From contig OZ231126.1 in assembly GCA_965153355.1 (NCBI GenBank), positions 20,646,001 to 20,710,000 on the forward strand: a DNA stretch of 64,000 bases. Reading direction: 5' to 3'. Each line of letters begins with the position of its first letter. The first letter of the stretch is position 1. Positions 41,672-55,659 of the stretch are shown here, in pieces. Under the pieces are notes generated by a model. It saw only the letters and a program-made list of their open reading frames with translations. It searched no databases and had not been told where the DNA came from. This DNA comes from Flaccisagitta enflata (Eukaryota). The position numbers and the translations under genes are program-made.

Positions 41672-43313
41672 AAACAAGCCCGAACTGGCAACGATGGGTC
41701 CAGACTGTGTCTCTGCGTATATTGATCATGTGACACATATGGATTGACAGATGGACAAACAGACAGATGGAACGACAAGAGTAGCAATGGAGGCTCTCAA
41801 ATCATGTTTGTCTCGCAGTAGATCCAGTGTAGGATCTCGTCGTGGCCGAAAACGGCCGAAAACCGCGGTTTTTGCACAGGCGTAACGGACGGACGGACGG
41901 ACGGACGGACGGACGGACGGACGGACGGACGGACGGACGGACGGACGGACGGACGGACAAACCCTCTTATAGAGATGCGAGGACGCATCTAAAACAAGGC
42001 CAACACCTGTAAGTCGCGTGCGGGACAGAAACAACTTAAGAAGACTTAAATTGACTTAAAATGAGTCAAGACAACCTGAAATGACTTAAAATGAATGAAA
42101 TGACTTAGAATGACTAGAAATGACTAAAAATGACTTAAATGACAAAATTGACCTTATAGACTTCAGTGACCTAATATAACCTAATATGACTTAATATGAC
42201 TTGAAATGACTTTGAATGACTTAGAATGACTTGAAACAAAATGACTTAAAGTAATAAAAAAATGTTGAAAAAGTAAAGTGGGGACTGACCAACCAACCAA
42301 CTGACCGACCAACCGACCGACGGACGTATAGAGTCGCGTAGCACGCGACTAAAAAAGAAAAAAAAAGAAACCTAAACATAGTCAATGAGTTTTTTTAGTC
42401 GCGTGCACGCGACTCTACACCCCGCTTTGTCCATCCGTCCTTCGGTCGGTCGGTCTGTCTGTTGGTCGGTCGGTCGGTCCATCACACTTTTACTTTTTTA
42501 TCATTTTTATTTCCTTTAGTCATTTTAAGACATTTAAGAGTGTACTAAGTCATTGTAAGTCATTCTAAGTCATTCGACAGGGTGTATCACGCTAAATTAG
42601 ATATAAGAAAATGATAGCATTCTGCTTCTAAAAATGCAAATATAATTGTGAAAAAGGATTCAAAAAGCACATGAGCTCCGGTTTTTTGTATAAAAATTTC
42701 ATGGGTCTGGGTCAAATATTCTAGCTACAACATCAATTTGAAGTAGACTGAGCATTTAGAGGAGACGCTTTTTGGACATGATTTTGATTCTGAAAGTTTT
42801 TTTTTAATTGCTCATATGCCACAAATGCCTGATTGGTCTCAAATTAAAGAAAATTTGACAAGCTTTAATTTGGGACCAATCTGGCATCTGTAACTTAAAC
42901 CGTTTAGAAATGAGAACAAGGCCGGATACATGGCAATCCAGTCGCGGACGGTTGGGCAGGAGCAGTAGTGCGAAAACCGCTCGTAATTAAAAAATGTGAC
43001 CAACGGACCGACGGACCGACCGACCGACGGACCAAGGTGTAGAGTCGCGTGTCCGCGACTAATAATCAAAAACAAACTTTCAGAAGAAAGATCATGTCCT
43101 TCAAATTGATGTTGTGGCTAGAATATTTGACCCAGACCCATGAAATTTTAACACAAAAAACTGGAGCTCATGTGCTCTTTAAATCTTTTTTCAACATTAT
43201 TTTTGCCCTTTTAGAAGCAGATTGCTTTCGTTTTCTTATATCTAATTTGGCAAGGTACACTCTGTATGTTATTATGTAAGTCTCGCACGCGACTTATAGG
43301 TGTTGGCCGTGTT
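41672..43313. mobile_element. Cluster of HINE-like elements (41672-41993 -, 41992-42355 -, 42390-43313 +)
   Basis: AACAAG(G/C)CC / GGCC(T/G)TGTT termini, (GGAC)n tracts and AGTCGCG..CGCGACT hairpins. Confidence 0.7.
42578..43264. mobile_element. mariner-like MITE nested in a HINE and itself containing a HINE (~42915-43062)
   Basis: CAGGGTGTA.. / ..TACACTCTG|TA with ~165-bp imperfect inverted arms. Confidence 0.75.
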
Positions 43314-43427
43314 TTTTAAAATGTCGAAACAACTTTTTAGTCATTTCTCCTTCATCTTTTTATGAGTCGGGCTGAGCATGAAGTAATCTGGCCTCCAGAT
43401 TTTCATATTTTGAATTTACCAGGCCAG

Positions 43428-43508
<81 letters not shown>

Positions 43509-43789
43509 CGTGTTCTGGCCCCACAAACTGAATCGAGAACAAAACCACACAGAGAACAGCCACACACAAGAGTGACTACACTCAGTATCGACCCCACATA
43601 CGAGCAACTGCATACAAAAATGGCCATACAAAATAGCAACCACACACAAGAGCGACTACTTCCAAGAAAAACTCAATAAAACAACTGCACCACACACATA
43701 CAATCACACACGAACAACCGCAAACAAAACAACCACACACGCATCTACACAACCGAACTGAGCAAACGAAACCTGCAACAATACCCGGT

Positions 43790-44765
43790 CACGGCGTCCA
43801 GGAATAAACCCTAGGTTGAAAAAAATTGTCTAGACTCCTGACTGAATGAAATGTGTTTTTAGTCGCGGACACGCAACTCTACACCTTGCTGTGTCGGTCG
43901 GTAGGTCAGTAGGTTGGTAGGTCAGTAGGTCGGTAGATCCGTCTGTCACATTTTTGAATTCCGAGTGGTTTTTGCATTACAGCTCTTGGATTGCCGTGTA
44001 TGCAGCCTTGGTTAATGCATAAGCTACAAATTTAGGGCAAAAATTAAAAAAATAGCTTGGAAATATTGAATTGATAGGTAAGAAATAGCAAAAACATGTA
44101 TTTTTATTAAATTTCTTAGTGAACAAATGTGTTAATGGTTTTCAAAAATATAAAGAATCTATGAAAAGTATAGCAATAGCTGCCATGCAAATGCATTAAC
44201 CTCTTAAAGTAAGTTTGGATTGATATTTTACAAATGAAAGTTGAAAAACTAGCTTAAAACAGCGAAAAAGATTTTTTTTAGCACATTATTTGTTCAAACT
44301 ACTTTCAAAACCTTGAAAACTAAAAAAAATGTGAAATTACAGTTAAAATACACAAGATTTGATCTTTACCAGTTAGTTTTAATTTATGTTTTTTATATTT
44401 GAGCTTAAAAACAGCAAAAAATCATGAAAAAAAGTCATTTATGAATAGTTTATAGCAGTTTTTTGTTCTAATCTGTAAAACTTCTCTCCAAATAAAGAGG
44501 AAAAAGTAAAAACAATCATGCAACAACTGTAGCCCCACTCTTCAGACATTTTTTTACATTTGGAAGTTATGAATACACTTTTTGGCTTAAAAATTCATAA
44601 AAATACTTACTTTTGGCTATCATTGGACTGTAAATTCAATATTTCTATGCCAATTCTTTTATTTTTGTTCTGAACTTACAGCTAATGCTTTAAAAAAATA
44701 CATTTCACCAAGTTAAGAGTCTTGACAATTTTTTTTCGACCTAGGGTTTATTCCTGGACGCCGTG
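43790..44765. mobile_element. Non-autonomous DNA element with CACGG termini (Chapaev/Transib-like ends)
   Basis: TIR CACGGCGTCCAGGAATAAACCCTAGGT .. ACCTAGGGTTTATTCCTGGACGCCGTG; no TSD recognised. Confidence 0.8.
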
Positions 44766-44920
44766 TTTTTTATGCCTCTACTTTATCTTTGATTCTGTGA
44801 TACTCTACGGGCTCTTCTTTTGCAAAAGGAATTCTTTTTCTTTTCCCTCTTTTTCTTTTTCTTCTTTTTCTTTTTCTTTTTCTTTTTCTTTTTCTTTTTC
44901 TTTTTCTTTTTTTTCTTTTT

Positions 44921-45282
44921 CTTTTTAGTCGCGGACTAGCGACTCTATAAGAGGCTTTGTCCGTCCGTCCGTCGGTTGGTTGGTTGGTCGGTTGGTCGGT
45001 CGGTCCGTCACGCTCGAGTCGAAAAGTGGGAAAACACGCATTTCCGCCCTTGCCCACCCGTCCGCGACTGGTAATGGCCGTGTATCCGGCCTTGTTCTTT
45101 TTCTTTTTCTTTTTCTTTTTAGTCGCGGACGAGCGACTCTATAAGAGGCTTTGTCCGTCCGTCCGTCCGTCCGTCCGTCCGTCCGTTGGTCCGTGACCAC
45201 GAGTCAAAAAGTGTGAAAATTGCGCATTTCCGCCCCTGCCCACCCGTCCGCGACTGGTATTGGCCGTGTATCCGGCCTTGTT
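44921..45282 (+). mobile_element. Two tandem HINE-like elements in a (TTTTTC)n tract
   Basis: TTTTAGTCGCGGAC..GCGACTCTATAAGAGGC starts, (GTCC)n, GGCCGTGTATCCGGCCTTGTT ends. Confidence 0.78.
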
Positions 45283-45362
45283 CTTGTTCTTTTTCCTTTT
45301 CTTTTTCTTTTTCTTTTTCTTTTTCTTTTTCTTTTTCTTTTTCTTTTTCTTTTTCTTCTTCT

Positions 45363-45409
<47 letters not shown>

Positions 45410-45881
45410 TTCTTCTTCTTCTTCTTCTTCTTCTTTCTCATTCTCTTTTTCTTTTCCCTTTTAACTTTTTCTTTTTCTCTTTCTCTTACTTTTTCTTCAT
45501 TTTCTTTTTTTCTGGTTCTTGTTCTTTCTTTTCTTTTTTTTTTTTCTTTTCATCTCGTTTTTGTTCTTGTTCTTCTCCTTGATCTTGTTCCTGCTCGTCT
45601 TGTTCTTCTTCTCTTTGTTCTTTAACTCCTTTTTCCTCTCCTCCTCTTTTCCCCCCTCCTCGCCCTTCAGCAAAAGCCTATCGTCAAATTTTCAAAAAGA
45701 GGACGCGGTTTGACGCTTTAATGCTCTTTGCCTCTTTCGACGACCCACGGCCCACCCCGAGCTTGGAGAAGGAGGTTGAAGAAGGGGAGAAGGAGGAGAA
45801 AGGGGAGGAGGAGGAGGAAAAGGAAAAGGGACGCCGAAAGAGGGGAGCGAAGCATTTCCAGATGCCTGTGAGCCTGTGAGC

Positions 45882-45980
<99 letters not shown>

Positions 45981-46518
45981 CTCTCTCTTTTTTTTTTAAA
46001 AGAACCCACGCTTAGATTTTAGGGGGTAGGGGGGCGGAGAGGGGGGGCGCATGGTGGCAGTGGTAAAGTTGATCATAGTTATTGCGGCGATGGGAGATTG
46101 TAGACAGCGAAAAATAAACCCTGTTCCTCTTCAGTCACAACCTCGAATTTTTGCCTGAATGTCCGCGATGGTCAAGCGAGTGCGTATTTCAAATTTCAAG
46201 TCAATATCTTAAATAGTTTAGAAGTTATGACACTTTTCCACAGTTTAAATCCAGCTTCGATAGGAAACAATTCTAAAACGGCTTCCAAACCAAACTCAAC
46301 TACTGACTCACTTTTGATTTAATCTGCTAAGTGGAGGAACAGATTCCTTAAACTGTCAAAGCTCAAAATCGGACGCAGAGAAACTGCTTAATGAGCGCGA
46401 AGAAACCGCGCGCGAAGAAACTGCTTAACGAACGCAAGTGATTCGAGTGAATCTTAGCCGTGCGCATACATGAATCCTTCGCCAAATTGAGGGAGAGAAG
46501 AGAGAAGAGACAGAGAGA

Positions 46519-46563
<45 letters not shown>

Positions 46564-46579
46564 CGAGAGCGAGAGCGAG

Positions 46580-46618
<39 letters not shown>

Positions 46619-46690
46619 AGAAGCAAAGGCGAGAAAGCAAGAGGAAAATAAAGAAAAGAAGAAACAAGACCGTATGTGCACCCGCTTATA

Positions 46691-47114
46691 CACGCTTTTC
46701 ATTTTATAAGAACATGGATTTTTAAAGTCAGCCTCAGCGTTCTTATTTTCAGACCCTTTTTGAGGCTCAAGCGTTCTTAACATGTTCTTATTTTTGAATA
46801 AGATAATCTCTTTAATTATACATCTATATTGATATAAAAGTTTGTTTTTTAAACAATTGTAGAAAAAAAAATATTTTCATTAAATAAAAAGAAATGTAAG
46901 ATTGATAATTGATAAATAATGAATTATTACTTTAAAAACCATTATCAAAATATCCACCATTCTGGGTTTTTCAACTAATTTTACTACTATTTTGAAAACT
47001 TATATTCTTATCTTCAAATCTGAGACTCAGCATGTTCTTAAGATGTTCTTATTTTTTGGCCAAATCTGAGGCTGATGTTCTTATAAACAGTGTTCTTTTA
47101 AAAAGAAAAGCGTG
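46691..47114. mobile_element. TA-flanked MITE
   Basis: TA|CACGCTTTTC..AGAAC .. GTTCT..GAAAAGCGTG|TA with internal GTTCTTA repeats. Confidence 0.8.
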
Positions 47115-48540
47115 TAGGGCATGCCGACCTATTAACATTGAACTTTGTTATGCTCTAGTAAAGCTCAATTGTATGTCTGCATGTACCGGAATTACGAAAG
47201 CTGTCCCATTAAGACAGAAAAAAAAGGCTGAATACACTCAGTAGAGGAAAGGTTGGATGTGTTAATATGCAAAAGTTCGTTTAATTCGATCATCACCTTC
47301 AGAAAATTTATCTCTTTGCTGTTTTTTTAATGGAATTTAAGATTAGCAAAAAAATATATACTGTAAGTGACTGCAACCAGTTATCTACAAAATAAAGCTA
47401 ATAATGTTTTTAAAAGAATATCTTTTTCTTGGTTTTTTTTAATTAATCAATAATAAAAAAAGTTATTTTCTTTTAACTGTAAGAGAATATATAAAAATTG
47501 CAAGGCATTTGAACTTCGTAATCCTTGCAATTGATTAATGTATTACCTTATTAACAATACAGCAGTATAATAATTAGGGAATAAATAAGAGTTAAAAAAA
47601 AAACAGAATATGGATAAAAAATTAAAATGTTAAAAATCTTTGAATTTATTTATTTTAAATGAAAAATTAAAATTTTAAAGATTTTTGAATTAATTTATTT
47701 TAAATCAAAAATCAAAATGTTAAAGATCTTTGAATTTATTTATTTTTATTTTTCTGTAATAATGGTTTGAACAAAAGACCTTTTACATATTGAAACACCT
47801 GAGTCGAAGGGTGGGCATGAGCAGATAACCTTGAAAAAAAACATTTGAGACTAACAGACCGACCGACAAGGCAAGTTCTAGAGACCAGTGTTAGCGACTG
47901 AAAAGGTTGCTTCCAACTTTTATCACGTACACTGTTTAGTCGAGCTGTTCACCCTGCTTTATCAGTCCATTGGTCAGTCCGTCCGTCCGTCGGTCACACT
48001 TTACAAGTTTTTGTTTTTTTTCGGTCTTTGGCCCTAAGGCTCCTGCCAAAATGATGAAGTGTCCTCGAATATATATGACACTGCCCACCGGCACGCCACC
48101 GGCATGGCCGAGTATCCAGCCTTGTTCATATGCAGTGTCATAGTCAGTGAAGAACTGGATATTATCATAAATGATTTATAATGTGGTGGCAACATATTTC
48201 AAATAAAGTATATAGCAGTAAGAAACTGGCAGTCTGGCAAAGAAGGGCCCCACGCTACGTTGATCCGGCTCAGGGTACCACTTGAATGATGAAAAAATGT
48301 AAGATTATAAGGTTTTTCATAAATGCGTTAGCCTAACAACTGACGCACACAGCCGTTTATAGAGATGCGGGGACGTTTCTAAAGAGTTAGTGTATTTTAT
48401 TTGAAGATACTCGAGAGAATGTGAGTAAGTGATATGAGGTAAGTTATGTATTGTTAAATCTTATAAATCTAATATAATTACGGTTATAACTTTTCTTGAT
48501 TAGGTGATGAAACTGATGATTAATTCTAATGAATCATCTA

Positions 48541-49434
48541 TTTTTTAGTCGCGTGCACGCAACTCCACAACCCGCTATGTCCGTCGGTCCGTCGGTCGGT
48601 CGGTCCGTCCGTACGTCGGTCTGTCACACTTAGCTTTTTTTTGCCGTTTTACATCATTTTAAGTCATTTTAAGTTATTTAAATTCATTTTAAGTCAATTT
48701 ACATTAAGTCTTTAAGTCTTTTGGTCTTTTAGTCTTTTAGTCTTATGGTTTTAACAACCGCACGCGACTTGTAACTCGATGACCTTGTTTCTTTCGCAAC
48801 TAGTCTAAGCACATTGATTGCTGATTTTGCATTCTCACTTGAAATTTAGTAAATATTAAAACTTATTTCAAAATTGATATTTGAACATATTTTGATACAG
48901 TGACTATTGTAAGGTGTGGCAGTATTGATACTGCGTTACTGAGTGAATGCTCTACTCGAGTATTTCCGTCCCTTCCCCCCCCCCCCGTTTGCAACCGCGT
49001 CGCAACCCCGGGTAACTTGTTCATTTGCACTATGTCATCAGTTCCCCCGCACCAGTAAACGTGGTACAAGCTTGGCTCTGGCTATCAAAACATCAGTGAC
49101 TCACTTATACCTTGTCTAAAAGAATTGCATCATAACAATGAAAATATTAAAAAGTCATGTTTAATTGAACAGTAACATAGAACCAACCGCATTTGTTGTA
49201 CATTCCGCAGCAGTAATTGAACAGTATTACAACATGATCGTGTATATGTCGATAAATGAATCCTAACAGGCGCATGTTGTGGCAGCAAGCCAGCAACTTG
49301 TAACATTACAGGCGGACTAGGTATACGTTTGTCGAAAAGATTACACAGCTGAGTCTTTACTGGAAACTTTCCGGAAACTTTTGCAAGGCTATCCTTTAAA
49401 AAGTCATTACCACAAATTGCCCATTGGACGGCCG

Positions 49435-49516
<82 letters not shown>

Positions 49517-50137
49517 GGTTGTTGTTGTGGTTGTTGTGGTTGTTGTTGTTGTTGTTATCATTGGTGCTATTATTGTGGTCGATGGTAGTTCAGATGACCA
49601 TGGTGATAGAAAAATAAGTCTCGAAAATTGCGATCCGGCGAATCCTGGGATGTGATGGTATTAATATACAACAAGGAGTGGTCGGGATGCCATGAAGATT
49701 TAAGGTTGATGTCAGTCTTGAAAATATTATTTCAGGGAAGAATTTTGAAATATACATTTCTATGAAAAAAATATCAGTTTTTAGTCGCGTGCTACGCGAC
49801 TCTACGCCCTGCTATGTTGGTCCGTCGGTTGGTTGGTCGGTCCCCTTTTTACTTTTTCGGCGTTTTTGAGCTTCATGAGCCTACTGCTCCTGCCCAAATG
49901 CTCTGGTGACTATTTCCAGCACTGCTCCTGCCCACCCGCATGCGACTAGGGTAGCCGTGTATCCGGCCTTGTTCCATGAAAAATTATTTTTTTTTATGAA
50001 AAAAAATATTAGTTTTTTTTACAAATTTTTGTAAAATCATGTTCGTCCGTCCGTCAGTCGAGTCGAAAAGTGGGAAAACGCGCATTTCCGCCCCTGCCCA
50101 CCCGTCCGCAACTGGTGGCCGTGTATCCGGCCTTGTT
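48541..50137 (+). mobile_element. Additional HINE-like copies (48541-48790, 49778-49973, truncated 50040-50137)
   Basis: Same terminal hairpins and GTCC/GGTC tracts as the other copies. Confidence 0.7.
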
Positions 50138-50771
50138 ATTCATCTTGTGAGAAAGATGAAGGTCAGAGGGGAAAAGGGGGAAAAGGAGGAGACGGCGCCG
50201 CGTTTCGAGATGGAGCCAGAGAAGCAAGAGGAGAAACAACTAGATGGACGGAATGGGCAGCAGGGACCAAAATTTAGTAGCGCGGCACGACAATCCAGGC
50301 AATAACCACTTCATAATGAATAAAAGGCACGACCACGGGCTCAGTTTTTTGTCCATATTGTTTCTTTCGTTGTTGCAGCATGCTGGTACGATTTTTGTCA
50401 ACTTTACACCTTGAGGTCCCCAGAACATTTCACTTAATTGGGTCTTTGGATAGCTGGATACTGTGATATAAGTAGGGCAGATAGACAGCCACACATACAG
50501 AACGTCTAATTTCCGCCATCACCGCGGTGCACAGACGTCCAATCTCCACCACCAACGATGTCAGATTTCCGCCAACTGTTGCCGAGTTTCGCATCCATTT
50601 ACATCGAGTTTCCTACACTGCCTATGTTTGACGTCTTCGTTCCCCAATATCGCCGGATTTTCACTACTTATAAGAGAGAGAGAGCGCAAGAGAGCGAGCG
50701 AGAGAGTGAGAGAGAGCGAGCGAGAGAGTGAGAGAGAGCGAGAGAGAGAGCGAGATAGAGCGGAGAGACGT

Positions 50772-50807
<36 letters not shown>

Positions 50808-50811
50808 CAGC

Positions 50812-50846
<35 letters not shown>

Positions 50847-50912
50847 TCAGCAACTTGGCAAATTAGTTGCGTAAAAATTATAAGAGAGAGAGACGGACGT
50901 AAGAGAAACGGC

Positions 50913-51006
<94 letters not shown>

Positions 51007-51132
51007 CGGCAGATAGCCAGACACTGACTGATAGAGCCAGACAGATAGACAGTGGCCGTGAATCGACCAACGCAACACGTGCAACTTTAGTTGAATTTGT
51101 TAATGAAATATGTTATGGATTACGTCACTTAA

Positions 51133-51432
51133 AGCGCCCCAAACTTCGACTATAGCTCTCACCAATCTACCACAGTCGAGGCTTGGTAAGAAAATATTCC
51201 ATGCAAAATTTTTGGCCTCTGAGATAGCAGGAACCTTTGTTAGGGTGACAATGAAATTTCCATGGAAATCTATGGCAGAGACAAAATTTGCATAATAGAA
51301 ATACTGATTTCAATGCTAATTCAATACAAACTTCAACCTCACCCTAACGAAGGTTCCTGCTATCTCAGAGGCCTAAAATTTTGCATGGAATGTTTTTTTA
51401 CCAAGCCTCAACTGTGGTAAGATTGGGGCGCT
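51133..51432. mobile_element. TTAA-flanked palindromic MITE with AG..CT ends (Kolobok-like)
   Basis: TTAA|AGCGCCCCAA .. TTGGGGCGCT|TTAA, with long internal inverted arms. Confidence 0.8.
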
Positions 51433-51435
51433 TTA

Positions 51436-51844
51436 ATGGATCTTAGGAACCGCCAGGACGTTTTGTGGATCACTCCAAGTTTCTCTTCAGTTTGGCACAG
51501 TCCAGTTGTCCTCGAATCAAGACCCAATCATTAAAGATGTTTCATCTGGCACTTTTTGAAAAAAATTGTTTTTTGTAAAAAATGTGTTGCATATGCAAAA
51601 CATGTACGTTGCGTATGCAATACATGTATGTTGCGTAATGCGTATGCAACATATGTACATTGCACATGCAACATACATGTGTTGCATATGCAACACATTT
51701 TTTACAAAAAACAATTTTTTCATATAGTGCCAGATGAAATATTTTTTAATGGTTGGGTCTTGATTCAAGGACGACTGGACTGTGCCAAACTGAAGAGAAA
51801 CGTGGAGTGATCCCCAAAACGTCCTGGCGGTTCCTAAGATCCAT
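51436..51844. mobile_element. Palindromic MITE abutting the TTAA element
   Basis: ATGGATCTTAGGAACCGCCAGGACG .. CGTCCTGGCGGTTCCTAAGATCCAT; centre built of TGTTGCATATGCAACA-type micro-palindromes. Confidence 0.88.
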
Positions 51845-52486
51845 AGTGGCTATCTTTGCCATAAGACAAGATAAAACAGAATACACGGTCAATTTGAAGT
51901 CGCTTTATGGTGGGCAGGGGAGTAATGCGGGTGGGTAGAGGCAGTAAGTAGGCGGGGCTTGGCAGGATTAGTTATGCTCAAAAATCTCCATTTCAGCCAA
52001 TTTCATGTCATCCTAAATTTCGCTTTGCCAAACTTTAGACGCATGGATACAGACGCTTTCAGAATGTATGAACGGACAGACTTCTGTATCCTTATTGAGG
52101 AGATGCAGAGACGCTGGTCAAAAGCATTTGCAAACAACTCATAACTGGCCACCCTACAGAGATATAGCAAACTGAGAAAAAAGAGAAAGTACCTGGTGGT
52201 ACCTGATAACCAGCAGTCCCCCTGAGTAGACTTTGCGGAAATCCATCTATATGAAAAAACATACTTGTCAAAAATTTTCAAGTTGTAATACTGCTTCAAA
52301 ATCAAACTAGGATATGTATTTTTGGATTATTAAACTCTCAGTAAGACAAAAAAAAATATCCCTCTTTATACCCAAACTGTAATAACGTGGTCAAATAAGA
52401 ATTAATTCTAAAAAAATCAGCTAAAACATGCTTATATGATTTCTTTAATACTCATGAAAACAAAAATTAATCAATAAGGGTAACTT

Positions 52487-52902
52487 TGATGGAAAAAAAG
52501 TATTCACATGGGTATCACATATGGTTGTTTTTAATGATATAAAAACGGAAATTTTCGAAACCATTGGACGTTTCGTCTTTCAGCCGTGACAGTAATGAGC
52601 AAGAGAGAGATATAAGTGAAAACATAGGATGATAGGAAGAGAGGAAGAGAGGAAGAAGAAGAAGCACACTACTATCAACAAAAGCCCGGTGGTAAGAACC
52701 ACTAAGAGGGATAATCCCTGGCCCCTACCCCACGAACAACGGTGCGGCAGATGAGGATTACTGTCACGGCTGAAAGACGAAACGTCCAATGGTTTCGAAA
52801 ATTTCCGTTTTTATATCATTAAAAACAACCATATGTGATACCCATGTGAATACTTTTTTTCCATCATTATCACTCCATATGTGCAATGTCACTGAACAAT
52901 CA
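52487..52902. mobile_element. Insertion with a perfect 110-bp inverted repeat, 36-bp one-sided tail and 10-12-bp flanking direct repeat
   Basis: 52487-52596 is the reverse complement of 52757-52866; AAGGGTAACTTT occurs at 52476 and 52902. Confidence 0.85.
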
Positions 52903-53444
52903 AGGGTAACTTTAAAAAAAGTCCTTGTGACGCCATGGTCAAATAAGGCCAAATTTTAAAGTAGCAACCTAAATTCTTATTTCATATAAATTCTGCTCTG
53001 AATAATCTATGAATAATCTATTTTCAGTAGGGTGGCCTAAAGTGGGCTCATAGTCAAATCTCAAGATATTCTTGGAGAAAATGAGACCATATCCCATATA
53101 CATCAGGGATTTCAGACTGAGATGAAATGCTCTCTCCTTCTTTCAAATCCGCTGTGTCATAGTCATCGTCATTGTCAAATATTGTGAGATTCACTCTACA
53201 TAGTGACAATCAGGACACATCATTGCCCGGTCGGGCTTGTGATATACCTTCATCACTAGTTGTTTCTCATGGATTGTATACAGGCCAGTAGTTTATATTC
53301 TACCACTTTTTTTATATGATCATACTACTTCCAATGCATTTCTATGTTTCTTAGGCATTACCAAGTCTTATCAATAGTTCAAAAACAATCAGCTAAAACA
53401 TGCTTATATGATTTTTTATATTATGAAACTTGAGTCTACACTAA

Positions 53445-53670
53445 TAAATATTTATACATATATATGAAAGTTGGATAACTTTAAAAAAAGTCCTTGTGAC
53501 GCCATGGTCAATTAAGGACTAATTTTAAAGAAGTAGCCTAAATTCTCTTGACTCTAAACAAATATATATTTATACATATATATATGAAACTTGGATAACT
53601 TTAAAAAAAGTCCTTGTGACGCCATGGTCAATTAAGGACTAATTTTAAAGTAGTAGCCTAAATTCTAATC
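53445..53670. repeat. 120-bp tandem repeat, with related copies near 52380-52490 and 52903-52980
   Basis: GGATAACTTTAAAAAAAGTCCTTGTGACGCCATGGTCAA at 53473 and 53593. Confidence 0.85.
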
Positions 53671-54333
53671 TCAGATGAATTCTTCTCTTAGATATCCATA
53701 AACTATCTATTTGCTAAAGAATTCATTATATACTGCATGTATAATTATACATTTTTGAAAATTGTTCAACATATGTTCAACATAAGTTCAACATATGTTG
53801 AACATATATTTAATTTATCACAAATTATTTGGACAATGACTGATAGATCTATTCTGCAGTCAACCCACATTGTCTAGTTGTCTCTCTTGTTCTGGACTGG
53901 AGAAATACAAGTTTGTAGTAATGTTCTTAGATTCAGTAATCTGCCAGTAAATGAATTATCTAGAAGATGATAAGATATCCATAAAGAGGTAACTATCAAT
54001 TCCAGAAATTGGCAGCTAAAAAATGAACAAATTCTTTTTAGACAACGCGAGCAACGAAGGGAGTAAATGAAGGAGGCAAGGAAGTGGGGAAGAAGTATGT
54101 TCTAGATGTAGATTGAGCAAGGCTTGAGACTCAGCACAACTTTTTGTCCGCGACCTAATATCATTCCGACGCGGACTATAATTCAAGGCGGGTGGGTGTC
54201 GTCATCATCGTTGTTGTCATCGTCATTGTCGTCGTTGTTGTTATGGATTTTATAAATGGATAACTTTTTTATGCTTTGACCGATTTGGTTCATATTTGGT
54301 GCGAAGTTGAACTAGGGTAAGGCGCTTTACATC

Positions 54334-54966
<633 letters not shown>

Positions 54967-55659
54967 TTTACATCCTATCCGATTTTTGTGATCTAACCAA
55001 CCCAACCGGCCTAACCAGCCTACCGGCCTGTGAGTGAAAACGTGCATAACTTTGGCATTTTTTAGCCTATTTGGTTTAAACTTGGTGTGGAGTCTCTAAA
55101 TGGAAGAACTCAACATATGCTCACTATTTATCCTGTCAAACAAGTTTACCACCCAACCAGCCTACCAGCCTAAAGTGAAAAATATGCATATCTTTAGCAT
55201 TTTTCAACCAATTTGGTTGAAATTTAGTATGGAGTCTCAAAATGGAAGGACTCAACACATGTATGTGATTTATTTATGTTTGAGCATGCTATCCAGCCAA
55301 ACCGACCTACCACCCAACCAGCTTACCAGCCTAAAAGTGAAAAACTTGCATAAATTGGACATTTTCCCACCAATTTGGTTGAAACTTGATACGGAGTCTC
55401 TAAATGGAAGAACTCAACATATGCACACTGTTTATCCAAACCAGCCTACCACCCAACCACGGTATTAGCCTTAAAGTGAAAAACGTGCATAACTTTGCCA
55501 TTTTTCAACCGATTTGCATGAAACTTTGTATTGAGGCTCTGAATGTAAAGACTTATAGTTTTAGCGAACTTACAGGGTTAGCGATCTTGTGGTAAAATTC
55601 TTTTATTTGCTTATTCAAAAACAATCCTTTCGACGAAGCTTTTGGAATTTGGATATGGA

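Noticed and set aside
49130-49430. Unique-looking ORF next to a (GTT)n tract
   Set aside because: No recognisable domain or splice support.
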